26,269 bases of DNA from a virus. Taxonomy: Duplodnaviria > Caudoviricetes. The translations under genes were made by a program, and so were the position numbers. Below the pieces are notes generated by a model. That model was given only the letters and a program-made list of their open reading frames with translations. It was not told where the DNA came from and searched no databases. The DNA lies in the IMG/VR virus record IMGVR_UViG_3300031452_000120, positions 1-26,269 of that record; one strand, written 5' to 3'. Shown here in pieces: positions 16,473-26,082 of this stretch (position 1 is the first letter of the stretch; the number at the start of each line of letters is the position of its first letter).

Positions 16473-19400
16473 ATGAGCGAAAGCCAAGGCGAATCTACAT
16501 CCATCGACCTGAGCGTCGACGCCGACGAGGCCCTGACGGTTTTTCAGCAGTTATCGGCCGCTGCGCGCGACGCCGACGAGCAGATCCAGCAACTCAAGCA
16601 ACACCTGGCCGCTCAGGTCACGACGGCGTTCGTCCCACAGGCCCAGCAACCACAGACCTATCCGCAAGCGGCGGCGACCCTGGCGCGCATGGACCCCGCG
16701 GAGGTGGCCCAGGCCGCGCCGGAGATCGCCCAGACCAAAAATGCCCTTGCGGCCAGGTCCGCCGATATCCAGGCGCAGGCCATGACCTTCGCGGGGACCA
16801 CGCCCAATCTCGCCACGCAGCCGCCCGCCGACGTGTTGGCCCAGTTCCAACAATCCATGGCCGCGCGCGAACAGCAGCAGCAGGCCCAGCGGGAGCGACA
16901 GGCACAACAGGCGGCGGCGGGCGTCGAACGGCCCGCGCGCTATGGTTACGACCAATCCGCGCCACTAGCGCCGCACCCACCGGCAACGCCCACCGGTAGC
17001 GCCCCTGTCCTGCCGCCAGATGCGCCGTCCCGCCCGGTCGTGGGCGTCCTATCGAGCGCCCCTCTTGCCACGACGGGCGACGACCGCCTGACACAGGCGC
17101 TGACGGCCCACAGCCAACCGACCGCCACGACGGCGACGCCTGACGCGGCCACAGGCGTGACTCCTGATGCCGTGGCTACCGCGACGGGTCCATTACCCCA
17201 GACCTTCGAGGAGTTGGCGGCGGCGGCGCGCGCCGCTGACACTCAACTCCAGGACCTCAAGCAGCGGCTGCTCGATGCGTTCAACGCGATACCGCGCGGG
17301 TCCAAACCGGAGGCCGCGTCGTATAGCGAGGCCGTGACGCGCCTGGGGACGATGGACCCCTCCATCGTCCAGGAGTTACACCCTGATATCGCCCGCACGC
17401 AGGGCACCATCAACGCGCGGAGGGACGAACTCACCGGGCAGGTCCGCGACTTCGCCGCCGACAACCCCGAGGCCGCCGCTGAACCCCTGCCTGCGCAGCA
17501 CGACATGCTCACGCGCTGGCAAGAGTTGCTGCGCCAGCACAACCAACAGCAGCAGCAGCAGCAGGCCGCGACGGCGCAGGGACAGGACGATGGCGACTCT
17601 TTGCCTAACCCTGGCGGCGCAAAGTACTACCAGCAGAGTGTCCCTTCCGGGCCCCTTGTCCCGCCTCCGCCGGAGGGCATGGAGCGGTTGGCTCGCTATG
17701 GTGTGTACGGGGCGACCGTCGATCAGCGCGGCACGGCCAATCCCTGGCCCGCCGCCACCCCCGCCTTCGGCCCGACGAACGGCGGTGGTAGCGCGAACAG
17801 CAACGACACGACCCAACAGGATAGGTCGGACACGGTGTTGGGCGAGCACATCGCTCAGGCAATCACGCGGGGCGCCGGTGGCCTGGTGGCTGGGGGGATT
17901 AGTGGGGCGGCCAACGCGGCGGGCATGGGGGCCACCGGCGATATCGTCGCCGGGTTAGCACGTCCGCTGATCGGCCTGCTGGGAGAGGCGGCGGCGCCCC
18001 TGGCCGTCGCCGCCGTCGCCGGTGGCGCGGCCCTTGGTGTGGGCGACCTCCAGGCCAAATATGCCACTGATCGCCAGAGTTTGGCGGGGTCTGTTGGGAC
18101 ACGGAGCGGAGCCACGCCGGGCAGTGAGTTGTCAACGGCCATGCATGCCGGCTGGCCGTTCGATTACAAAGAAAGCGAGAGCCAGGCGGCCGCACGCCAG
18201 TTAGGGCTGGCCGGTGTCGATTCGTCGCAGCTTGGGGGCGGGCTCGACGCGTCGATGGCCCTTGCGCGCCATGGCGGTATCGGGCTCACTGATGCCACCG
18301 CGCTGACCGCGCAGATGATGCAGGGCGGCATGACGGCCGCGCAGGTGGCGAACAGTTACGCGCAGATGGATCAGGCGGCGCGTCAATCGGGTGTCAGCGT
18401 CGGGCGACTTGTCGAAGGCATCAAAGGGATGAACCAGGCGGCGGGCGTTGGGTAAATCTCGGTTAACGGCTTGGCTGCCACTCAAGCATTGTCTGACTCA
18501 ACCGGCGTGAAGGTCAATATCGCGCAGGCCATGGCCGGGACCATCGGCTCGACGGACACGAACGCGCTTGCACAGGGCTATATGCTGGGCCTCGATCCGG
18601 CGCAATTCGATGAGGCCCAGAGCCACCCTGAGAAATTATGGGACGCGTACGCCAACACGGCGCGGCGCTACGATGTGGGGTCGGGCGGGTCGCGTATCGC
18701 CCAGCAGGCGCTCTCTGAGGCAGGCTTCGATTTTAGCGGGATGAAGGGCAATCAAGCCGAGACCTTCATCCAGAAACTCGTGGCGGAAGGCCCGAACGCG
18801 GCGCAGAAATACGAGGCCAGCCTTCAGAAGAAGGAGGCCGCCCCCGGAGCGCCGGGAGCACATACGGGCGCGGACTACATTCAAGCCGGTAAGGTCATCG
18901 CGGACGCCATCACGGGGCCATCGGCTAAGTTGGGTATCGCGATTGACGAGGGCGCGACGGCCTTGGGCAATGCGGCGGGTGCGATCAATCGAGCGGTTGG
19001 GCGCTTCGACCCGCGTTACGGCCTGAATGGCACGGACACCAGCGCCGGCCCCAACCCCTCTCATATCCAACCCACACGGCCTCTACAGGGCGACAGCACG
19101 GCAATCATGGGGCCGCCGTCCCCCTATGACCTCGGCATACACATCGACGGCTCAGGCTCCGTGACGCCCACGGCCCTGGCCCGACAGGCGCACGCCAACC
19201 AACTGGCCGTTGACGCCCATAATCAAACCATTCAGCAGGCCGCTCTCGCGAACAATCAGGTCGTTGACGCCTCCAAGATAGGCTTTGATACGTCAGGCGA
19301 CCCCCGGTTCGGCCCCATCAGCGGCACGGCGGTTAAGCAGGGCACGGCGGGCCAGTTGCGGATCGACGGCGCGAGCGTGTCAGCCTCGACCTTCGCGGCG

Positions 19401-19997
19401 CTGCAATCAGCGGCGCAACGCACGGGCGTCCCTCTATCTGTCCTGTTGGCCCAATCGCGTCAGGAGGCGACGGTCAATGGCAAGATCGACCCGTCGGCGG
19501 TGAGCGCCGACGGCGGCTACGGTTTGGGCCAATTCACCGACCAGGCGTCGGCCGTGAAGTATCTGGGCCAGGCGTCACGGGAGTTGGGGCAGGGGCCAGT
19601 CACTAATTGGCATAAGGCCGCGCTCGACCCCAAGGTCGGCGCACAGGCCATGGCCGACTACGACGCGGTGAACCTGGCCTCGAAAGCGTCGGGAGGACGG
19701 TGGGACAAGGCACTCTCTCAATATAATGCCGGCCCCAACGGATGGGATTATACAGGCCATCCGGGGCAGGGTCGTGATTATGGGACGGGGATCATGCAAA
19801 GCGCGCATGATGTGCAGCATAGCCTAGCGATTAGCGTGACTGTCCAAGATCAGAACGGCAATAAAGTTGGGCAAACCAAGACACAGCACAACATCAATAC
19901 GTCCAGGAAGGTCGTCGCCGCGCAAAGTTATGGACCGACCGGTGATACGTCACCGACCGTGGGCATGCCCTTCCAGTTGCCACGGCGCATCAAATAG
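16473..19997 (+). pseudogene. Tape-measure-like protein with C-terminal lytic transglycosylase, split by one in-frame TAA (18453-18455)
   Basis: ORFs 16473-18455 and 18471-19997 are in the same frame (GVG*ISVNGLAA). TMP core-like ESQAAARQLGLAG...ASMALARHGGIGLTDA; SLT motifs AAQRTGVP...RQEA...AVSADGGYGLGQF...ALSQYNAGP. Confidence 0.75.
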
Positions 19998-20379
19998 CGG
20001 GCTCCTCCTCACTGTCATCCTCCTCTATCTGGCCTTCAATAAGTGTGGTTCGGCAGTAACGACAGATAGAGGCAGTCGCGGCCACATCCGAGCGGCAGGC
20101 AAAGCAAACCTGATGCTGCATCGGGTGCTGCACCGCGCGCACAAAGATGTGCAATAAGACGACGATGGCGGTTAAGGCCCCCGTAATCTCTAGCGCGCCC
20201 ACAACAATGAGCGTCACGATATCCGGGTGGGCAAGGAAGGTGAGTTGCCCCAGGAAGACCAAGAGCAAGCAGATAGGGACGACGACGAAGCACGCGAGGA
20301 TAAAAAATACCAGATTCACGAGATAGCCCCTTCCTTCGCGGACCAGTGTAGGGCCAGGCGCAACAGCAGTCAAATGCAC
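19990..20379 (-). CDS. Membrane protein with C-terminal zinc ribbon
   Basis: Two TM helices, then CFACRSDVAATASICRYC; start position uncertain. Confidence 0.65.
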   Translation of the reverse strand: MHLTAVAPGPTLVREGRGYLVNLVFFILACFVVVPICLLLVFLGQLTFLAHPDIVTLIVVGALEITGALTAIVVLLHIFVRAVQHPMQHQVCFACRSDVAATASICRYCRTTLIEGQIEEDDSEEEPAI

Positions 20380-20396
20380 ACGAAAGGACGCAGGGC

Positions 20397-20589
20397 ATGG
20401 ACGACATTACACACCTGATCGCGCTTGCTTGTCAGCAAGGCTGGGGCGTCGAGCGGCGCCGCTCAGGCCACTTCATGCTGACGCCGCCGTCGAGGGCGGC
20501 CCCGCTGATTTGCGTAAGCGGCACGCCGAGTAACCACCGCGCCTACTGCTAAGATTCGCACTCAGTTGAAACGCGCCGGTCTCGTGTGC
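20397..20589 (+). pseudogene. Frameshifted HicA-like protein
   Basis: AAGGA RBS; MDDITHLIALACQQGWGVERRRSGHFMLTPP...VSGTPSNHRAYC* stops at 20552, while AKIRTQLKRAGLV continues in the +1 frame. Confidence 0.7.
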
Positions 20590-20621
20590 CGGCCGCTCAC
20601 ACATCGAAGGAGACTACTCAC

Positions 20622-21335
20622 ATGGCTAGACGACAAACGACATCGACCGCGCCTACGCCGCGCAAAAGTGGCGGCGCCCGTCGTGGTGATGCGCTGATTG
20701 AGGCGCAGCAGATCATCCCCGGTCGCCGCGCCGCCCAGGCGTCGGCAACAGCCGTGCTGGACACACCCGAGCCGCTGACGCGCGCCGATGAGGCCCGCAT
20801 CCAGCGTGAGCAGCAGACGCTGGAGCGTGGGGAGGCAATGACCCCCGACCGCACGCTCGACCGGGATCTTGCGCACCTGGCCGACCCACAGGCCGGACGG
20901 CGTGTCCCGTCACGCCAGCGTCGCCAGCCGGAGGAAATTGGGATCATCTATCGCGGCCGCCGCAAGGGCCTGCTCCACGACGGCGCCGTAACCATCACCG
21001 TGCCCGACGAGGAAAATGACACGGTCGTTGCGTCGCTCCAAGACACGATACCGGGCATGGACGAGCCCACGCAGCGGCGGGTGTGGCAGGAACAAGCCGC
21101 CTTGAGGGGCGAGGAGCCCAAGCCCTACGTGCCCCTGCGCGACCGCCTCGTGGTGCGAGGGCCGTCTTACCAGTTCACGCGTAACGAAACGACCCTCGTC
21201 CATCAAGACGATGCGGACTACATCCTGGCCCATAAAGATCTCGTCTTCGAGCGGGTCGGCGGCGACGATAACGACGGCGATGTGTTTCCCACCGGGCGGC
21301 GTGGCGCGCCCTCGTCGCGCCAACGGAGCGCGTAG
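20622..21335 (+). CDS. Hypothetical protein
   Basis: AAGGAG RBS before ATG 20622; C-terminal YQFTRNETTLVHQDDADYIL domain. Confidence 0.7.
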   Translation: MARRQTTSTAPTPRKSGGARRGDALIEAQQIIPGRRAAQASATAVLDTPEPLTRADEARIQREQQTLERGEAMTPDRTLDRDLAHLADPQAGRRVPSRQRRQPEEIGIIYRGRRKGLLHDGAVTITVPDEENDTVVASLQDTIPGMDEPTQRRVWQEQAALRGEEPKPYVPLRDRLVVRGPSYQFTRNETTLVHQDDADYILAHKDLVFERVGGDDNDGDVFPTGRRGAPSSRQRSA

Positions 21336-21337
21336 CC

Positions 21338-21592
21338 ATGGCAAAAAAGACACCAACGCCTACAGTCGATAATGAGGGGGCCGGGGCGCGCTTGGCTGCG
21401 ACGAAGGCGAAAGCGGCCCTGACGCCGCGTGACCTAGCCCTGCTGCACTGGCCGTCCATTCCACCACGGCCTTATGCGCCAACGACAGTGTTGCTCGATG
21501 AGAGCACCCAACGGGGCCGGGAGACACGAGGCCCCGACGGTACGGCCCGATGGTCGCCGAATGGTCCCGGCCCCGACGCCTACGGAGAGTGA
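21338..21592 (+). CDS. Hypothetical protein
   Basis: 84 aa, tightly packed in the operon. Confidence 0.55.
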   Translation: MAKKTPTPTVDNEGAGARLAATKAKAALTPRDLALLHWPSIPPRPYAPTTVLLDESTQRGRETRGPDGTARWSPNGPGPDAYGE

Positions 21593-21595
21593 TAT

Positions 21596-21901
21596 ATGAG
21601 CATGGCAGACACGACACAGCAGCCGCCCCGCGAGATCCTGGCCCAGGCGCGCGCACGGAACGCCGCATTGCAGGCCAAGGGCTTGGCGGCACAGCGCATC
21701 GGCCGGGGCCTCGTGGCCGTTGAGCGCGACGATGTACGGGCCACCTCGCATGACATCGCCTTGGCCCTCGTACGCTGCCTGGCCCTGGTGAAGGACATGA
21801 TGGCCCTAAGCACTGATGTCGTGACGGCCTATGACAGCGCGCTCGCGGACGTGGATCGTGAGCGTGGCGAAAAGCCGGGGCCAAAGTGCGATGGTTGCTA
21901 A
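21596..21901 (+). CDS. Hypothetical protein
   Basis: 101 aa, helical, GGAG RBS. Confidence 0.65.
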   Translation: MSMADTTQQPPREILAQARARNAALQAKGLAAQRIGRGLVAVERDDVRATSHDIALALVRCLALVKDMMALSTDVVTAYDSALADVDRERGEKPGPKCDGC

Positions 21902-21945
21902 TGCTTGCCGATGGTTGTGGTACAGGTATGGAGCAGGAGGGCCTG

Positions 21946-22344
21946 ATGGCTGATGAGATATGCCAGGCGACACGCGCCGATGGGTCGCCCTGTCGGGCGC
22001 GCGCCCTCCCCGCTAGCACCCGCTGCTTCGCCCACGAGCCGTCGTTACAGGGCAAGGCCACGACAGCGCGGCGCGCGGGGGGACTCAACAAGGCCAACGC
22101 GGTGCGCGCCGAGAAGGTCTTGCCGCGCGATCTGCGGCCCCTCCTCCCGCTGTTGGTTAAGGGCATGATGGACGTGCGCGATGGTAATTTAGAGCCCGCT
22201 CGACTATCGGCCATGGCGGCGGCCGCCGGTGCGGCTGTACGGCTGTACTCCGTCGTGGACGCCGACGAGATCGCGGCGCGGGTCGCCGCCTTAGAGCAGC
22301 GTGAGGAGCATGGAAGCCATGCCAACAAACCGGATACTGCTTAA
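21946..22344 (+). CDS. Terminase small subunit candidate (CCCH N-terminus)
   Basis: AGGAGG RBS; CQATRADGSPCRARA...CFAH...RRAGG and C-terminal EIAARVAALE; overlaps terL. Confidence 0.6.
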   Translation: MADEICQATRADGSPCRARALPASTRCFAHEPSLQGKATTARRAGGLNKANAVRAEKVLPRDLRPLLPLLVKGMMDVRDGNLEPARLSAMAAAAGAAVRLYSVVDADEIAARVAALEQREEHGSHANKPDTA

Positions 22345-23959
22345 TCGTTTGCGCGCCCTGGAACAGGACGTTGCGCAGGAGGAGCGCGCGGGCCTGCTCA
22401 ACCCGGACGCGGACCTGGGCGGCCTCGACGCCGCGTGGGTTGCCGAGGAGGTGGCGCGTTGCCGGCGCGACCCTGAGTACTTCATCGACAGTTACTGCAA
22501 GGTCGAGGCCGATACCGGCGCCGGGGTCATCCCCTTCCACCTGTTCGACTACCAGCGCGATGTCTTGCGGCAGTGGATGGAGCACGGCGAGTCGATCACC
22601 CTGAAAGCCCGGCAACTGGGCATTACCGAGTTGGCGGCGGCGCTCTCGTTGTGGGTTGTCGATTTTCACCCGCACAACCGCGTCATCGTGTTCGCGCAGG
22701 ATGAAAGTAAGGCCAGGGAGTTCGCCCGCAAGTGTCGGGTGGCGTGGGACAACCTCCCGCCCTGGCTCCAGGTCCCTCTCTCGAACCCCCAACTCACCAC
22801 GACGCTGGAGCTCGCCAATGGGTCGCGCATCCTGCCCCAGGCCGCGACGGAGAAAGCCGCGCGTTCGCTCAATTGCCAACTCCTGGTGTTAGACGAGTTC
22901 GCACATCAGGAATATGGCGCCGCGATCTTCGACGCCGCGGCGGTGACGGCCCGGAGCGCCGGCCAGCGTATCCTCGTCATCAGCACTGCCAATGGGGCCG
23001 GCAACGCCTTTCATGCCCACTGGCGGCAGGCCATCGAGGGGAAGGGGATGCACCCGATTTTCCTGGGATGGGCCATCCGGCCGGGTCGTGACCAGGCGTG
23101 GTACGACCAGGCGACGAAGGGGTATTCAGCGGACAAGGCTGCCCAAGAATATCCCGCGAACCCCGAAACGGCCTTCATCCTCTCCGGTCGCCCACGCTTC
23201 GACACGGCGGCGCTAGAAGCGATCCTCGCGGGCTGTCGCGTGCCGATAGCGACCGAGTTGAATGGCGGTCTCAAGGTGTGGGAGATGCCCTTAGAGGGGC
23301 GCTCCTACGTCATAGGAGCCGATCCCGCCGAGGGCCTGCACACGGGCGACTACTCGGCCGCCGTCGTGATCGACCAACAGACGGGGCTTGATGTGGCCTG
23401 GGTACATGGGCATTTTCCGCCGCAGCAATTCGCGGCGATCCTGAACGACCTGGGCCTGTGGTACAACACCGCCCTCCTTGGCTGTGAGCGGAACAACCAT
23501 GGCCACACGGTGCTGCTGGACCTGCAAAACCACGCGTACCCCTCCCTGTACGCGCACCGCGACTACGACGCCATTGGCAACGCGTCCGAGCGCGTGGGGT
23601 GGCCAACCACTAGCAAGACCAAACCCATCGCCATCGACGGTCTGGCCCAAGCCATCCAGGAGCGCTGGCCGTTTCACGACGCCGCGTTCGTGGCCGAGTG
23701 CCGGACCTACACCGTCAGGGACAATGGCAGCACAGGCGCCAGTGGATCGCTGCACGACGATCGCGTCATGGCCGCCTCGATAGCCCTCCAACTCAGAGCC
23801 TTCCAACCGGCGACCGAGGAGATCGTCTACCTGGAGGACGTGTGGACGCCAGACCTCGAAGCAGAGTACCGTCGTGCGTCGCGCTTGGGCGGCGACGACG
23901 CGACCATGGACCCCAATCAGCAGATCCTTAACCAGTGGCGCCGCTACTACGGCACCTGA
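22319..23959 (+). CDS. terL: Terminase large subunit (T4 gp17-like)
   Basis: LFDYQ, LKARQLGIT, LVLDEFA, ISTANG, IGADPAEG and HDDRVMA motifs; alternative starts at 22301 and 22310. Confidence 0.93.
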   Translation: MPTNRILLNRLRALEQDVAQEERAGLLNPDADLGGLDAAWVAEEVARCRRDPEYFIDSYCKVEADTGAGVIPFHLFDYQRDVLRQWMEHGESITLKARQLGITELAAALSLWVVDFHPHNRVIVFAQDESKAREFARKCRVAWDNLPPWLQVPLSNPQLTTTLELANGSRILPQAATEKAARSLNCQLLVLDEFAHQEYGAAIFDAAAVTARSAGQRILVISTANGAGNAFHAHWRQAIEGKGMHPIFLGWAIRPGRDQAWYDQATKGYSADKAAQEYPANPETAFILSGRPRFDTAALEAILAGCRVPIATELNGGLKVWEMPLEGRSYVIGADPAEGLHTGDYSAAVVIDQQTGLDVAWVHGHFPPQQFAAILNDLGLWYNTALLGCERNNHGHTVLLDLQNHAYPSLYAHRDYDAIGNASERVGWPTTSKTKPIAIDGLAQAIQERWPFHDAAFVAECRTYTVRDNGSTGASGSLHDDRVMAASIALQLRAFQPATEEIVYLEDVWTPDLEAEYRRASRLGGDDATMDPNQQILNQWRRYYGT

Positions 23960-23984
23960 TGTATCGTCACAGGAGACCGATTCA

Positions 23985-24395
23985 ATGACCGCACACACCA
24001 ATCCCCGTACTCGCGCCGCGCTCCACGGCCAGATCGACGCACTGCTGTTCCCCACGCCCGCCGCCGCGCCCGAACCGCCAACGACGCCCCCCACCGCAAC
24101 ATCGCTCGTTGATGACTTGAGCGAGATCGCACGGCGTAGCCAGCCACAACAGCGCCGCATGACGGCGCCACAGCCTGAGCCAGTTACCCTCAATGAGGCA
24201 TGGAGTTGGGACCCGTCACCTAGCTCGGACGACCCATGCGGCTTGCGCGAGCGCATCGACGATCTCGAAGCAGTCATAGCTGCTCGCGTGGCTCGGTCCG
24301 ATCCACGTCCCGCACCGGCCACCCCCGCCATGTCGCCGCTCACCGAGGCGCGGCTGACGAAGGCCCACCAGCGCCTTGACGAGATACTCGGCTAA
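23985..24395 (+). CDS. Hypothetical Pro-rich protein
   Basis: AGGAG RBS before ATG 23985. Confidence 0.65.
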   Translation: MTAHTNPRTRAALHGQIDALLFPTPAAAPEPPTTPPTATSLVDDLSEIARRSQPQQRRMTAPQPEPVTLNEAWSWDPSPSSDDPCGLRERIDDLEAVIAARVARSDPRPAPATPAMSPLTEARLTKAHQRLDEILG

Positions 24396-24417
24396 TTAGC
24401 CAAGAGAGGTAGACATA

Positions 24418-24990
24418 ATGAATTTGAATTCAGCGCAAGGGATGGAGGCAGCCGCCTTCCAGCAAGTGCAAAATACGTTGATTAGCCAAGCGCGCGATGC
24501 CGAGCTTTCCGTGCGGCACCAGACGGACTGGCAAAAGGCGCACCGCATGGTCTGGACCGAGGCCCCGGTCGCCGTGAGAACGGCCATCAGGGCGCGTCAG
24601 ACGGCCATAGAGGCCATGCAGCAACGCCTAGAGGACCTCGCCAAGGACATGTACACAGGCACCCTAGAGGCCCTGAAACGGCGTTACCGTGAGCGACGCG
24701 ACATCACGGGCATGGAGTATGACCAGCGCCAGCGCGACCTGCATACCAGTTGGCAATCGCGCCGGGTCGACCTTGCCCGCCGGTACATTTTCACCTTCGC
24801 TGACGCCCGCCTGAAAGAGATTCAGGAAGAAGCCTACGAGGCCGCGCGCGCGGCGGCCGATGCGGTGTGGGAGCGGGAGGGTGCGGCCCTCATTTTGTCG
24901 TACGCCATGCCCGAGCCGCCGGCGTGGGCCTCTCAGCCCGAACAGGCAGAGGACGACGATACGCCAGCGCGGCGGCGTGCTGCACGGTAG
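24418..24990 (+). CDS. Hypothetical coiled-coil protein
   Basis: 190 aa, GAGGT RBS. Confidence 0.7.
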   Translation: MNLNSAQGMEAAAFQQVQNTLISQARDAELSVRHQTDWQKAHRMVWTEAPVAVRTAIRARQTAIEAMQQRLEDLAKDMYTGTLEALKRRYRERRDITGMEYDQRQRDLHTSWQSRRVDLARRYIFTFADARLKEIQEEAYEAARAAADAVWEREGAALILSYAMPEPPAWASQPEQAEDDDTPARRRAAR

Positions 24991-25057
24991 CGCTCCATGG
25001 CCGCCCGTCGATAGTCGTGGGCGGTCCGGGAGGATGTGTGATGGAGGTACGGTAGAG

Positions 25058-25792
25058 ATGCAAGGGCGCGTGCTCACGTTGGGTCAAACACACGGGTACG
25101 GCTTCATTGAGGCCGAAAGTGGTGGTGATTATTTCTTTCATGCCAGCGCGGTCTGCGGGGGTATCCCGATCGAGAACCTGCGCGCCGGGGATCGCGTCGT
25201 GTTCGAGCCGACCATGACCGTCCAAGGTCCCGGCGCGCGGGCGGTACGCCGTGCGGTGCTCAACGGGATCATCACGGGCTTACAACACGAGAACGGCCCT
25301 GGAGGGGGCTATGGCTTCCTGCGGCCGCTCACGGGCGGCGACGAACGCTTTTTTCATTTCTCGCGCTTAGGGGCGTCGGGGCTGGCCGCGGGCGACCTGT
25401 TCGGGCGGCTGCGCGTGGGTGAGTTGGTCAGCTATCGAGAGTCGCCCGGCAACCGGGGGCAGAGGGCGCGCGCCGTCGATGTCGTCCCTCTGTCCCCGCC
25501 ACACACACAAAAGGAGGGCAACACGCCCATGGACCAGCAATCACTCACAGACGGGGCGCCCGTGCGGCGCGACGGGACGATCACGCATCTCCTATGCGAC
25601 CGCGGCTTTGGGTTCATCGCGCCCCGTAATAGCCGGGAATCGCTCTTCTTCCATGCACGAGAGATGCGGGACGGCTCCTTTGATGAGTTGCGAGCGGGCA
25701 CGCGCCTCACATTCGTTGAAGGCGTGGACCGCAACGGACGACCCTGTGCCGTCGATGTCTGTGTGCTCGACGACGACACGGCCGTGGCCTGA
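25058..25792 (+). CDS. Protein with three cold-shock domains
   Basis: Three RNP1/RNP2 pairs: GYGFI...YFFH, GYGFL...RFFH and GFGFI...LFFH; GGAGG RBS. Confidence 0.88.
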   Translation: MQGRVLTLGQTHGYGFIEAESGGDYFFHASAVCGGIPIENLRAGDRVVFEPTMTVQGPGARAVRRAVLNGIITGLQHENGPGGGYGFLRPLTGGDERFFHFSRLGASGLAAGDLFGRLRVGELVSYRESPGNRGQRARAVDVVPLSPPHTQKEGNTPMDQQSLTDGAPVRRDGTITHLLCDRGFGFIAPRNSRESLFFHAREMRDGSFDELRAGTRLTFVEGVDRNGRPCAVDVCVLDDDTAVA

Positions 25793-25878
25793 CACAGGAC
25801 GCCAGGCTGACGCGGAGAGGGCGCTATCCCCCATGCGGCGCTCCCCGGTACACTGGAACCGAAGGAGCGCCGCGACCC

Positions 25879-26082
25879 ATGCTAACGACCGTCATCACCG
25901 GCCGCCCGATCCCCTGTTGGGCGTGTCTCAAGCCCGCCCACGAAGCGATCGACGGCCACCCGTACTGCGCCGCCTGCATCGCGGCTACCGTCCCCACACA
26001 AACGCGCTATCTGCCCGGCCAGGAGGATAAAAGAGCGGGCGCGACGGGCGGCACGGACTGGGGCGGCGCTCCTAGCCGTTGA
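25879..26082 (+). CDS. Small Zn-finger protein
   Basis: CWAC...YCAAC; AAGGAG RBS. Confidence 0.55.
   Translation: MLTTVITGRPIPCWACLKPAHEAIDGHPYCAACIAATVPTQTRYLPGQEDKRAGATGGTDWGGAPSR

Noticed and set aside
17538-17563. CAG run as a contingency repeat
   Set aside because: In-frame poly-Gln within the duplicated TMP unit; it cannot shift the frame.
21360-24343. Long minus-strand ORFs of 322, 240 and 350 aa
   Set aside because: Antisense shadows of terS/terL typical of high-GC DNA; no motifs.
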